From an uncultured Verrucomicrobiota bacterium (GTDB taxonomy: Bacteria > Verrucomicrobiota > Kiritimatiellia > RFP12 > UBA1067), in the NCBI GenBank assembly GCA_947305775.1, contig CAMZEN010000001.1, positions 3,852 through 67,851 on the forward strand: DNA of 64,000 bases, in the 5' to 3' direction. A model generated the notes under the pieces. It was not told the DNA's origin and did not search any database. It saw nothing but the letters and a program-made list of their open reading frames with translations. Within the stretch, counting starts at the first letter, position 1. Every line of letters begins with the position of its first letter. Below, piece after piece: positions 48,051 through 57,750 of this stretch. Both the position numbers and the translations under genes were made by a program.

Positions 48051-48812
48051 TTAGTCAATGTAAAGTGGGGGAATTGACTGCGGGGTGCGTGGCCTTGCAG
48101 TCGCATCGTCTTGGGCTTCGACGGCTGGTGTCGGCGCAACCTCCTGCACGGTCACGGCGGGTTCCTCTTGTGTCGGAGCTGTCATCGTTGCGCGATAGAT
48201 GATCTTCGCAAGTGAGACCAACGCCCAAAGCAGTGCGGCGGCGACAAGCACGACGACTGTGATTCGAATGGCGCGCCCATATCCTATGGCATTGCCAGGT
48301 GCCGGCGGCTTCGAAAGCCTGCGCATTGGCGGCTGTGTGTGCGCCTTTGCAACCGGTTGAGGTGGTGGCGGCGGCGGTGGCGGTGGAGGTGCTTTCGCCA
48401 CTGGTGGCGGTGGAGGCGGCGGTGGGGGCGTCTCCTTTGTGACAGGCTCTGGCACATATGGAGTCGGCGGCGGCGGTGCTTTTTCTGCCGGCGGCGGTGG
48501 AGGCGGTGGAGGAGGGGGTGGTGGAGGTGCTTTCGCCACTGGTGGCGGTGCTGGCTGCTTTTTGGCGGCAGGGCCCTTGCCTGACTGCAGAGCCATGTAT
48601 TCTGCTATGAGCGGCTTGGGGTCCAGCCCAACAGCTTCGCAGTACAGCTTCACGAATCCCCGCCCGTAGATTGGCGCAGCTATGCGTGTAAAGCGATCTT
48701 CCTCCATATCTTCTATGATCTGGTGCATTATGCGCGTCTTGTCCGCAAGCTGGCTCACGGTATATCCCTTTGCCTCGCGCGCTTCGCGAAGTGTCCTGCC
48801 GAATTCTATCAT
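48051..48812 (-). CDS. RodZ-like HTH membrane protein with polyproline linker
   Basis: FGRTLREAREAKG...IYGRGFVKLYCEAVGLD (HTH_25-like), poly-Pro runs, single TM. Confidence 0.8.
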   Translation of the reverse strand: MIEFGRTLREAREAKGYTVSQLADKTRIMHQIIEDMEEDRFTRIAAPIYGRGFVKLYCEAVGLDPKPLIAEYMALQSGKGPAAKKQPAPPPVAKAPPPPPPPPPPPPPAEKAPPPPTPYVPEPVTKETPPPPPPPPPVAKAPPPPPPPPPPQPVAKAHTQPPMRRLSKPPAPGNAIGYGRAIRITVVVLVAAALLWALVSLAKIIYRATMTAPTQEEPAVTVQEVAPTPAVEAQDDATARPRTPQSIPPLYID

Positions 48813-51367
48813 TGCATTTCCTCGGTTTGGAAGAGGCTGTCCTCTTCATTGGTTTCGGATTCGTTTTGAACTTCCTGCTGCGTTTCGGCCGAGTCGCTCG
48901 CCGATGCGCCTCCGCCGTTGAATATGGCCAGAAGCTGGTCCTGGTCCATGAGTATCTCGCGCGGCCCGGCGCCTTTCTGCGGCCCGATTACCCCGGCGTC
49001 TTCGAGTCGGTCGCACAGCTTTGCCGCATGGTTGTAGCCAATGCCGAGCCTGCGCTGGAAGTGAGAGGTGGAGGCTCGCTTCGTGTTGATGATGCATTCG
49101 AGCGCGCGTTTGTAGAGGTCTGCATCCTCGGCGGCCTTCACCATCTCGCGCGAGCTGGGCACGTCTCCGCCGCCGTCTCCGACCTGCTGGTTGTCGGGGT
49201 CGTCCTCGTTGGATGCGAACGGGTCGTCTATTGACGCTTCCTTGACCCTGCCGAGCTTCTTGGCGAACATGTCGTCGAACTGTACGTCTGCATGCTGCTC
49301 GATGAACTCGGTGATGCGCAAGATCTCTTCGTCGCTTATCCATGCGCCCTGTGCTCGGATGAGAAGGCCGTCCTTAGTCTTGAAGAGCATGTCGCCCTTG
49401 CCTATGAGGTTCTCCGCGCCGGTGTCGTCGAGAATCGTGCGCGAGTCGATGGAGGTCGCCGTCTTGAACGCGACGCGGCCAGGGATGTTGGCCTTGATCG
49501 TTCCGGTTATGATCTTGGCGTCTGGACGCTGCGTGGCGAGTATCAGATGGATGCCGGCGGCGCGGGCCTTGGCCGTAAGTCGTGAGATGTCGGGCGTCAC
49601 TTCCTTCGAAGCCGCCATCATGAGATCGGCCACCTCGTCTATTATTATGACGATGTATGGCACGGTCTTGGGCATGTCGGCGTTGATCGTGTCGTCCGAG
49701 CCGAACATGTCCGTCTGGGTGAACGTCTTGCGGTGGTTGAAGTCGTAGATGTTCCTCACCTTGGCGCGCGCGAAGAGCTTGAGGCGCTTCTCCATCTCCG
49801 CGACGGCCCAGTGCAGTGCGAAGACGACCTTGCGGTTGTCCGTTATTACCGGCACCAGCAGATGTGGTATCGATGCGTATGACGTGAACTCGACGCTCTT
49901 GGGATCCACCATTATCAGCTTCAGCTGTTCTGGCGTGCGCGTCATGAGGAGTCCGTTTATGAGCGAGTTGAGGCAGACCGACTTGCCTTGGCCGGTTGCG
50001 CCGGCGACGAGCATGTGCGGCATTGAAGCCAGATCGGCGACGAGCTCCCTGCCGGCCGCGTCCTTGCCGAAGAGGAGCGGCAGCTCGGCCTTCGAATTGC
50101 GCCATGCCTCGGACTCGAATATCTCGCGGAAGCTTATGCCGACGGATTTCCTGTTCGGCACCTCGATGCCCACGAGGTCTTCACCGGGGATCGGTGCCTC
50201 TATGCGCAGCGACTTCGCGTGGAGTGCGCCCATAAGGTTGTCGGAGAGGCTCGTTACTGCGCTGTACCTGGTTCCGGGGGCCAGCGCAATCTTGTATTTC
50301 GTCACCACGGGTCCCTGCACGGTATCGTTCATGGTCGCGTCGATGCCGAATATCTTCAACGTGTTTACGAGCCTTTCGCTCATCTCCCCTACGTCGCCGT
50401 GGTCGGCGGTGGACCTTGGCACCGGATTGAGCAGGCTTATGGGCGGTAGCATGTAGGGTCCCTTGTCCTGGGGCTGCTCCTCTTCGGTTTGCTGCGGTGC
50501 TGCGGCTGTCTTGGGCGCAGGCGCCGGCTGGCGCGGCGGTGGAAGGGCGTCTGCCCCGTCGGACGGGAAGAAGAACCTGCCTTCCTTCTCGCGCTTCGCC
50601 TGCTCCTTGGCGCTTCGGCGCGCTTCCTTTAGGCGTTCGCGCTCTTCGCGCGCGGCGCGCTTCTCCTCTTCACGCTGGCGCTTGGCCGCATCGCGCGCAA
50701 GCATTGCGGCCTTGTAGCGCGCCTGTTCAGCCTCGTATTCTGGAGAGCCTTCAGGCGAAGTAGGGGCGACGGGCCTTCCGCCGGCGGCCCAGCGCAGCAC
50801 GCACATGAATCCCTTCGCGATGTTGGATACGCCTATGGCGCTCACGACAGACGCCAGCAGGATCGTCGACATCAGCACGCACGCGCCGAAGTCGCCGATG
50901 AGCGGCACGAGAAACCTCTTCATCAAAAGGTAGCCGACAACACCGCCGGCGTCCGAAAGGTTGAGCGCCGAGAGCGCGGCATCGATTCCGGGGGCGCGTC
51001 CCTGCGCCGCCTCGATAAGGCATGCGAGACTGGCGCACGAGACGATCAACCACAGCTTGCGCATTCCGGCGTTAAGCCTGTGCCCGGCGATCCTGAATAT
51101 GCCGGCGGCTATGCAAAGAGTAGGCACAAGCCATATCGCCAGGCCGATCACGGTGTAGCCCCAGTATGCGAATCCGTCGCCGAGCGCACCTATCCAGTTG
51201 GAGCTTGGCCTTGGCGGGGTCTGCAGAACATCGATGGCTCGCCAATCATATGTAAGAAGGGCCACCAGCGGGAAAAGCGCCAGTATCGGAAATATGAACC
51301 AGCCTATTGTGCGCCGCTCGGACTTCCTGCTATCTGTAGTAGTATTGGTTTCTGTCATTGTCTGCAT
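48809..51367 (-). CDS. ftsK: DNA translocase FtsK/SpoIIIE
   Basis: N-terminal 4-5 TM; PHMLVAGATGQGKS, IIDEVADLM, ARAAGIHLILATQRP, gamma domain ASTSHFQRRLGIGYNHA. Start could be 51358. Confidence 0.96.
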   Translation of the reverse strand: MQTMTETNTTTDSRKSERRTIGWFIFPILALFPLVALLTYDWRAIDVLQTPPRPSSNWIGALGDGFAYWGYTVIGLAIWLVPTLCIAAGIFRIAGHRLNAGMRKLWLIVSCASLACLIEAAQGRAPGIDAALSALNLSDAGGVVGYLLMKRFLVPLIGDFGACVLMSTILLASVVSAIGVSNIAKGFMCVLRWAAGGRPVAPTSPEGSPEYEAEQARYKAAMLARDAAKRQREEEKRAAREERERLKEARRSAKEQAKREKEGRFFFPSDGADALPPPRQPAPAPKTAAAPQQTEEEQPQDKGPYMLPPISLLNPVPRSTADHGDVGEMSERLVNTLKIFGIDATMNDTVQGPVVTKYKIALAPGTRYSAVTSLSDNLMGALHAKSLRIEAPIPGEDLVGIEVPNRKSVGISFREIFESEAWRNSKAELPLLFGKDAAGRELVADLASMPHMLVAGATGQGKSVCLNSLINGLLMTRTPEQLKLIMVDPKSVEFTSYASIPHLLVPVITDNRKVVFALHWAVAEMEKRLKLFARAKVRNIYDFNHRKTFTQTDMFGSDDTINADMPKTVPYIVIIIDEVADLMMAASKEVTPDISRLTAKARAAGIHLILATQRPDAKIITGTIKANIPGRVAFKTATSIDSRTILDDTGAENLIGKGDMLFKTKDGLLIRAQGAWISDEEILRITEFIEQHADVQFDDMFAKKLGRVKEASIDDPFASNEDDPDNQQVGDGGGDVPSSREMVKAAEDADLYKRALECIINTKRASTSHFQRRLGIGYNHAAKLCDRLEDAGVIGPQKGAGPREILMDQDQLLAIFNGGGASASDSAETQQEVQNESETNEEDSLFQTEEMQ

Positions 51368-51509
51368 GCAACCGCACGTTCTCCGCCTTCATTGAATGGT
51401 ATATTATCAGCGCCAGCAAAAGGGCCAGCAGCTTCAGGCCCCAGTTGTCCGTCAGAAGCTTCAGCACCGAACGGAAGAACCTGACTACAGGATGCATCTC
51501 GCGCTTCAT
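51330..51509 (-). CDS. Mini CdaR/YbbR-like protein (membrane anchor only, 59 aa)
   Basis: MKREMHP...DNWGLKLLALLLALIIY...; ATGA overlap with the cdaA stop; resembles the CdaR N-terminal TM. Confidence 0.6.
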   Translation of the reverse strand: MKREMHPVVRFFRSVLKLLTDNWGLKLLALLLALIIYHSMKAENVRLHADNDRNQYYYR

Positions 51510-52372
51510 TCCTTTGCCTCCGGCTTGTTTGCCTTTGCAGCCTTGCGTTCGCGGCGCTTCTTTGCCCAGTCGTATAGGCGTGCGGCGAGGCTGCCGCCGT
51601 AGTCGCCTGGTCCCATCGCCTTGTTTATCCACCGCCTGAGCGATGCCTCGCGCATGTCGCCCCAGTATCTGAAGAGCCTGCCGTTGTGCGCGACCGACAC
51701 CGCGCCCGACTCTTCAGAGACGACGACTACGAGCGCGTCGGTCTCTTCCGACAGCCCGACGGCTGCGCGGTGCCGCATGCCGCTGGAGAGGAGGTCGGGG
51801 TTGTTCGACACGGGGAATATGCAGTGTGCCGCCGATATGCGCCCGTTGCGCATGGTCATGCCGCCGTCGTGCAGCGGCAGCGGCGGCGTGAACACGCTCT
51901 GCACCAGCTCGCGTGTGAACATCGCGTCGAGCCGCACGCCGGTCGCCTCATAGCCTCTCAGGGAGATGCCGCGCTCGAATGCTATGAGCGCGCCCATTTT
52001 GAGGTCGGCGAGCTTCATCACGGTCTCCACGACAAAGTCCGGTTCGGCAGCACCGTCCGTCGAGTACTTGGTGCGCTCGAACGTGCCCAAGGCTCCGACG
52101 GCCGTGAGCATGCGGCGTATCTCAGGTTGGAATATCACGACGGTCGAAAGGGCCAGGTACATGAGCATCCATCGAACTATCTGCGACAGTACATCGAAGT
52201 GGAACACGAACGTGAACAACGCCGCCAGCGCCGCCAGCACGCCGACGCCGAGCAGGGCCTGCCCGAAGCGCGAACCCTTGGCGCTCTTCAGGATGCCGTA
52301 TATCGTGAAGTACAGAATCGCCACTTGGGCGATGTCGTTCATGTTCATCACTGTTCCATAGTCGAAACTCAT
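51506..52372 (-). CDS. cdaA: Diadenylate cyclase CdaA (DisA_N/DAC)
   Basis: N-terminal TMs, VIFQPEIRRML, PLHDGG, GMRHRAAVGLSEETDA. Confidence 0.92.
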   Translation of the reverse strand: MSFDYGTVMNMNDIAQVAILYFTIYGILKSAKGSRFGQALLGVGVLAALAALFTFVFHFDVLSQIVRWMLMYLALSTVVIFQPEIRRMLTAVGALGTFERTKYSTDGAAEPDFVVETVMKLADLKMGALIAFERGISLRGYEATGVRLDAMFTRELVQSVFTPPLPLHDGGMTMRNGRISAAHCIFPVSNNPDLLSSGMRHRAAVGLSEETDALVVVVSEESGAVSVAHNGRLFRYWGDMREASLRRWINKAMGPGDYGGSLAARLYDWAKKRRERKAAKANKPEAKE

Positions 52373-54243
52373 ATGGCTTCGTCTCCGGCTTTCTTGTTCA
52401 CCTCGATGTTGACGAGCGCACGCACCTCCGCGCCGTCCATCGTTTCCTTTTCAATGAGGGTCTTGGCTATGAGCTCGAGCTTGTCGAGGTTTTTCTTGAT
52501 GAGCTTCTCGGCTTTCGCGTATGCGTTGTCGACAAGGCGCGAGACCTCGGCGTCGATTTCCCTGCAGGTCTGCTCGCTAAGGGCGGGGGGCAGCGCTTCG
52601 GCGCTCCAGCGGCTCTGCTCGGCGAACGCCTGGAAGCCGAACTTTTCGCCCATTCCGAAGCGGCATACCATGTTGCGGGCGATTTCGGTTGCCTGTGCGA
52701 TGTCCTGCGCTGCCCCGGTGGAAAGATCGCCGGTGAATATCTGCTCCGCGATGCGTCCGCCGCAGCAGACGATCATCTGGTCGAGGAAGTAGCTCTTGGT
52801 GCGGTTGAGGACGTCCTTTTCCGGCAGGGACATCGTCGCCCCCAACGCGCGTCCGCGCGGAATGATCGTAACCTTGTGGAGAGGATCGGCGTTCTTCACG
52901 AGAAGCTGCAGCAGCGCATGGCCCGCCTCATGCCAGGCGGTGGTCTCGCGCTCCTTCTGCGAGTACCCGGCGCTCTTCCTCTCGCGGCCCCACAATACCT
53001 TGTCGCGGGCCTCCTCTAGCGTGGCCATGTCTACGGCATCGAGCTTCTTCCTGACCGCCAGCAGGGCGGCCTCGTTAAGGAGGTTCGCGAGATCCGCGCC
53101 GGAGAAGCCGGGGGTTCCTCTCGCGATCTGGGTAAGGTCGGTGCCTTCTGCGAACTTGATCTTCCTGCCGTGGAGCTCGAGAATCTCGGTGCGGCCCTTG
53201 AGCGTAGGCAGTTCCACTACGACCTGGCGGTCGAAGCGTCCGGGCCTGAGAAGGGCGGCGTCAAGGGTGTCCGGACGGTTCGTAGCTGCTATGACGATCA
53301 CGCCTTCGTTTGCGTCGAAGCCGTCCATCTCCACAAGCATCGTGTTGAGAGTCTGCTCGTAGGCATGGCTGCCGCCCATTGCTCCGGCGCCCGTGCGCTT
53401 CATGCCGATGGAGTCGATCTCGTCGATGAATACGATGCACGGCGCGCGCTTCTTCGCTTCGGCGAACATGTCGCGCATGCGGCTTGCGCCGACGCCGACG
53501 AACATTTCCTCGAAGTCGCTGCCGCTCATCGCGAAGAATGGCACGTTGGCCTCGCCGGCGATGGCCTTGGCGAGAAGCGTCTTGCCGGTTCCGGGCGGGC
53601 CGACCAGAAGCACGCCCTTGGGGATTCTGCCGCCGAGCTTCTTGAACGCCGCCGGCTCCTTGAGGAACTCTACGATCTCCTGCACCTCTTCACGCGCCTC
53701 GTCGATGCCGGCGACATCGGAGAAGGTGACCTTCTTCGCGTCGGCCTTTACGTTGAGTATCTTCGCCTTGGACTTGCCGAAGCCGAAAGGCCCGCCCTCG
53801 CCGCCCATCTTGCGGTACATGAACCAGTAAAGCAGGCCCAGCATGCCGACAAAGAACAGCGTCTGCGTAACGAACGGCGAAAGGGCGCTGCGGTGCTCGA
53901 CTATGTTGACCTTGACATTGAGGTTTAGAAGGTCGTCCATCAAGCGCTCGTTTTCGCCAGGAATGAGCCTGACGATATACCTTTCCTTTACGGGATCTCC
54001 CTTCGAATCGAGATCGTCCGTCTCTATCTCGCCGGTAAGGTAGGTTTCTCCCTCCTCGCGGTCAAGGTGTCGCGTAACCGGCTCGACGATCTTGCCGGCG
54101 TTGATCGCCTGGTAGAGCTCGAGGGTTGTCAGCTCGCGAGTCTTCGAAGGGTTGGGATTGGCACGGTAAAGCGAAAACATCACGGCCGCGATTAAAGCGA
54201 TCGTGAGCCATGAGCGGATTGCATTGCTAGGCATTTTTGGCAT
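52369..54243 (-). CDS. ftsH: ATP-dependent zinc metalloprotease FtsH
   Basis: Two TM; [39 protein letters not shown]. Confidence 0.97.
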   Translation of the reverse strand: MPKMPSNAIRSWLTIALIAAVMFSLYRANPNPSKTRELTTLELYQAINAGKIVEPVTRHLDREEGETYLTGEIETDDLDSKGDPVKERYIVRLIPGENERLMDDLLNLNVKVNIVEHRSALSPFVTQTLFFVGMLGLLYWFMYRKMGGEGGPFGFGKSKAKILNVKADAKKVTFSDVAGIDEAREEVQEIVEFLKEPAAFKKLGGRIPKGVLLVGPPGTGKTLLAKAIAGEANVPFFAMSGSDFEEMFVGVGASRMRDMFAEAKKRAPCIVFIDEIDSIGMKRTGAGAMGGSHAYEQTLNTMLVEMDGFDANEGVIVIAATNRPDTLDAALLRPGRFDRQVVVELPTLKGRTEILELHGRKIKFAEGTDLTQIARGTPGFSGADLANLLNEAALLAVRKKLDAVDMATLEEARDKVLWGRERKSAGYSQKERETTAWHEAGHALLQLLVKNADPLHKVTIIPRGRALGATMSLPEKDVLNRTKSYFLDQMIVCCGGRIAEQIFTGDLSTGAAQDIAQATEIARNMVCRFGMGEKFGFQAFAEQSRWSAEALPPALSEQTCREIDAEVSRLVDNAYAKAEKLIKKNLDKLELIAKTLIEKETMDGAEVRALVNIEVNKKAGDEAI

Positions 54244-54249
54244 GGTGAT

Positions 54250-54258
54250 ATTATATCA
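54250..54258 (-). promoter_or_regulatory. Extended -10 promoter, probably leaderless ftsH mRNA
   Basis: Minus strand reads TGATATAAT-atcacc-ATG. Confidence 0.55.
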
Positions 54259-54336
54259 TATCTAAAGCATGTGCGCATGTCGCCAGATGCCGGTTTGGCA
54301 CAATCATCTAGTCATTCGGCCGCTGTGCGCGATTTA

Positions 54337-54345
54337 TGGTATAAT
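54337..54345 (+). promoter_or_regulatory. Extended -10 promoter, probably leaderless sctO mRNA
   Basis: TGGTATAAT-gtacacc-ATG(54353); no SD. Confidence 0.55.
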
Positions 54346-54352
54346 GTACACC

Positions 54353-54829
54353 ATGGCATATGCTTTGCAGCCACTTCTGAAGATACGCTTGATGCGAGAG
54401 GATCGCGCGAGCGGCGAGTTGACCGCCGCCCGCCGTGCCGTTGCTGCTGCACAGGATGCCCTTGAGGCGCGCGAAAAGGACCTTGCCGCCTACAACGAGA
54501 CAAAGGAAGAGCGGCGCGACCGCATCTATGCCGCGATCATGGGCCAGGCGGTCTCGCGCGACCGCATCGACATCGCCCAGGAAGGCATTGCCCGAATAGA
54601 TCAGGAGGGCGCGATCAAGGCCGACAACGTGGCGCAGGCAAAGCAGGATCTGAAGAAGCGCGAAGAGGCGGCCGAAACCGCACGTTCGCTTTTCGTTCTG
54701 GCTACGAAGAACAGGATGAAGATCGACGAGCACAAGGCGGTTTGGGTAGCCGAAGAGAAAAAGGAAAACGAGTCTCGGGCCGAGATAGAGCTTGAAGATT
54801 TCACGGGGAGGAAGCAAGACGACGATTAG
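54353..54829 (+). CDS. Type III secretion stalk protein SctO (YscO/CdsO/FliJ family)
   Basis: All coiled-coil, 158 aa; YALQPLLKIRLMREDRA start and KIDEHKAVW..EEKKE.E..AEIELEDF end recall the YscO/CdsO pattern. Confidence 0.75.
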   Translation: MAYALQPLLKIRLMREDRASGELTAARRAVAAAQDALEAREKDLAAYNETKEERRDRIYAAIMGQAVSRDRIDIAQEGIARIDQEGAIKADNVAQAKQDLKKREEAAETARSLFVLATKNRMKIDEHKAVWVAEEKKENESRAEIELEDFTGRKQDDD

Positions 54830-57716
54830 CCCTATAACGCTCGACGTGGCAGGAGTGGTTACGCCTGAGTTTACATTGCCCGACGCCAGTGGATTGGCGC
54901 CGATTGAATTGCCTTTCGTAATTGCGTCGCGCCAATGCGAGCCCGACGGCGAAAAACCGCTTGATCTTCCGGTAGACCAACGATCGGTCGATTTGTTCAA
55001 TGCAGCCATGGCAAGGCCGCTCGTTGAGCATGCCTTTTGCCGCCCGACATCCTTGCGCGGAGAGTCTGCTAATAAGATAGGCGTGGAATGGCCTGCACAG
55101 GATCATATTGTCCCGATGCCTGCAGAGGCCCATGTCGACCCAATGCCGGGAGTTGTCGAAAAAGCGGTGGCGGCAGATAAGCCGACGGTTGCCGTTCAGG
55201 TAAGACCGCCCGTCTTTGTTGTCGAGAAGCCTGTGACTGTGCAAGCAGAGCCTGTTTCGGTTGTGGTTGAAAAGGCCATTCCAACAGTCGAAAAGACTAT
55301 TCCCACAGTCGAAAGGCCGATTTTCGCTTCAAAGTCGCCGGTGCAGGTTGTTGTCGAAAAGCCAATTGCGGCTGCGGTGGTCGACAAGCCAACGGTCATT
55401 CCTGGAGCACCCGCGATTGTTCCGGAAGCATCAGTGATTCCGGAAGAGCCGGTTATTGTCGCTGCGGACAAGCCGGCGGTTGTCGTCGTGGACGATCTTG
55501 AACCTGTGGTGGCAGAGAAGCCTGTTGTAGCTGAAAAGCCCGTCGCGGCAGAGAAGCCTGCAACAGAAGCGAAATCTGCTGAAGTCCATGACAAGCCGGT
55601 GTCTGTATTCGTCGAGAAGGTGGTTGTTGCGGACAAGCCTGCTGTCGTTCAAGATGAGGCATCGACTGTTCAGGTCGGCAAGCCAGTCGTTGTCAAGGAT
55701 ACTCCAGTGTCCGCTATCGTTAAGGATGCGCCAACGACAGTCGTTATCGAGGATACTCCAGCGCCGGTTGTAGTAGAAAAGCCGATTTCAGTTGCGGTGG
55801 TCGATAAGCCGACGGTCATTCCAGGAGCGCCAGCGATTGTCGCCGCCGACAAGCCGACGGTTGTCGTAGTGGATGATCCTGCGCTTGTAGTGGCAGAGAA
55901 TCTCGTTGCGGCCGAAAAGCCTGTCGTGGTAGAGAAGCCTGCAACAGCAGAGAAATCTGTAGAAGTCAATGACAAGTCGGCGTCTGTATTCGTCGAGAAG
56001 GTGGTTGTCGTAGACAAGCCTGTTGTTCAAGGTGAGGCATCGACTGTTCAGGTAGGCAAACCAGTCGTTGTCAAAGATGCTCCAGTGTCCGTGATCGTCA
56101 AGGATACGCCAACGTCAGTCGTCGTAGAAAAGCCGATTTCAGTTGCGGTGGTCGACAATTCGACGGTCATTCCGGGAGCACCAGCCATTGTTTCGGATGA
56201 GCCTGTGATTGTTGTCGCCGACAGGCCGGCGGTTGTCGTTGTGGACGATCCTGCGCTTGTAGTGGCAGAGAATCTTGTCTCGGCCGAAAAGCCTGTCGTG
56301 GTAGAGAAGCCTGCAACAGCAGAGAAATCTGTAGAAGTCAATGACAAGTCGGCGTCTGTATTCGTCGAGAAGGTGGTTGTCGTAGACAAGCCTGTTGTTC
56401 AAGGTGAGGCATCGACTGTTCAGGTAGGCAAACCAGTCGTTGTCAAAGATGCTCCAGTTTCCGTCATCGTCAAGGATGAGCCAACGCCTGTCGTCGTAGA
56501 AAAGCCAATTCCTGCTGCGGTAGTCGACAAGCCGACGGTCATTCCGGGAGCGCCAGTCATTGTTCCGGGAGCGCCAGTCATTGTTCCGGAAGAGCCGGCG
56601 ATTGTTGTCGCCGATAAGCCAGCGGTTGTCGTTGTGGACGATCCTGAGCTTGTGGTGGCAGAGAAGCCTGTCGTGACAGAAAAGCCTGTAATTGCAGAGA
56701 AGCCTGCAACAGCAGCGCAATCTATGGAAGTCGATGACACGCCGGTGACGGCGTTTGTTGAGAAGGTGGTAGTTGCCGCCGACAAGCCAGCTGTTGTTCA
56801 GGATGAGACACAGCCTGTTCAAGTAGACAGGCCTGCTGTCGTCAATGATGCGCCAACGCCAGTTGCAGCAGAAAAGCCGATTTCGGCTGCGGTGGTCGAT
56901 AAGCCGACGGTCTTACAGGAAGCGCCAGTTATTGATCCTGGAGAACCGGTGATTGTCGCTGTCGACAAGCCAGTGGTTGCCGTAGCGGATGATCCAGAGC
57001 CTGTGGTGGCAGAGAAGCCCGTTGTAGCGGAAAAGCCTGTTGCGGCAGAGATGCCTGTAATGGCAGAGAAGCCTGCAACAGCAGAGAAATCTGAATCTGT
57101 AGAGGTCAATGACAAGCCGGCGCAAGTTTCGGATAAGACAGTTGCTGCTTCCGTAGAAAAGCCTGCCGTTTCGCAGGCGAAGCAGCCGACTTCTGCCGCG
57201 GCGGAAAAGCCTGCGGGTGACATGACGTCTGTAGACACGAAGCCCGCAATAGAGGATAAGCCTTCGGAGCCTTTGCAGGCAATGCCGTTTGTAATGCCGG
57301 ACGCCTCTGGCGCATTTGTATCAAGGGCATCCTCAGACATACCCGAAGTGGTTGCGCTTGATTTTAGCCGTTCTGCCGCAACCGCCCGCACAAAGGAGCT
57401 TGCGGACGCTGCAACCGCTGTGGCCGAGACAATACAGGTCTCCACGTCGCTCGTCAATGGTGAAGGCGAAATGACTATACGTCTAAAGCCTACTGTGCTT
57501 GATGGGTCGGAAATAAAGCTTGATGTCAAAGGTTCTTCCATATCTGTATCGGTGAATCCTTCGACGGAGTCTGTCGCCAATTTTGTGGAGCGCTCTCGCG
57601 TGCAGTTCGAGCAGGCGCTTTCGGAGAGGCTGACGTCGTTTCAGGTCGTGGTTTCGGTCAGGAGGCCTTCGCCTTCGACACGCAGTGGCGCCAAAGTCTC
57701 CGATGACGACAATTGA
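54792..57716 (+). CDS. Needle/hook length-control protein SctP (YscP/FliK family), very long repetitive ruler; start codon uncertain
   Basis: Long V/E/K/P/A-rich repeats, then EGEMTIRLKPTVLDGSEIKLDVKGSSISVSV..(FliK_C/T3S4-like). Candidate starts TTG 54792 or GTG 54846. Confidence 0.7.
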   Translation: MKISRGGSKTTISPITLDVAGVVTPEFTLPDASGLAPIELPFVIASRQCEPDGEKPLDLPVDQRSVDLFNAAMARPLVEHAFCRPTSLRGESANKIGVEWPAQDHIVPMPAEAHVDPMPGVVEKAVAADKPTVAVQVRPPVFVVEKPVTVQAEPVSVVVEKAIPTVEKTIPTVERPIFASKSPVQVVVEKPIAAAVVDKPTVIPGAPAIVPEASVIPEEPVIVAADKPAVVVVDDLEPVVAEKPVVAEKPVAAEKPATEAKSAEVHDKPVSVFVEKVVVADKPAVVQDEASTVQVGKPVVVKDTPVSAIVKDAPTTVVIEDTPAPVVVEKPISVAVVDKPTVIPGAPAIVAADKPTVVVVDDPALVVAENLVAAEKPVVVEKPATAEKSVEVNDKSASVFVEKVVVVDKPVVQGEASTVQVGKPVVVKDAPVSVIVKDTPTSVVVEKPISVAVVDNSTVIPGAPAIVSDEPVIVVADRPAVVVVDDPALVVAENLVSAEKPVVVEKPATAEKSVEVNDKSASVFVEKVVVVDKPVVQGEASTVQVGKPVVVKDAPVSVIVKDEPTPVVVEKPIPAAVVDKPTVIPGAPVIVPGAPVIVPEEPAIVVADKPAVVVVDDPELVVAEKPVVTEKPVIAEKPATAAQSMEVDDTPVTAFVEKVVVAADKPAVVQDETQPVQVDRPAVVNDAPTPVAAEKPISAAVVDKPTVLQEAPVIDPGEPVIVAVDKPVVAVADDPEPVVAEKPVVAEKPVAAEMPVMAEKPATAEKSESVEVNDKPAQVSDKTVAASVEKPAVSQAKQPTSAAAEKPAGDMTSVDTKPAIEDKPSEPLQAMPFVMPDASGAFVSRASSDIPEVVALDFSRSAATARTKELADAATAVAETIQVSTSLVNGEGEMTIRLKPTVLDGSEIKLDVKGSSISVSVNPSTESVANFVERSRVQFEQALSERLTSFQVVVSVRRPSPSTRSGAKVSDDDN
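55356..57115 (+). repeat. About 5 large in-frame tandem units (periods 420, 351, 372, 372 bp)
   Basis: Anchor GAAAAGCC(A/G)ATT (EKPI) at 55356, 55776, 56127, 56499, 56871; segments ~55920-56088 and ~56292-56460 look identical. Confidence 0.9.
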
Positions 57717-57750
57717 GTAGTGCATCCCAAATCAAAATTAGGCTCAACAA

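Noticed and set aside
51686-52792. 368-aa plus-strand ORF (and similar ORFs over ftsK, ftsH and apbE)
   Set aside because: Antisense to well-supported genes; no recognisable domains.
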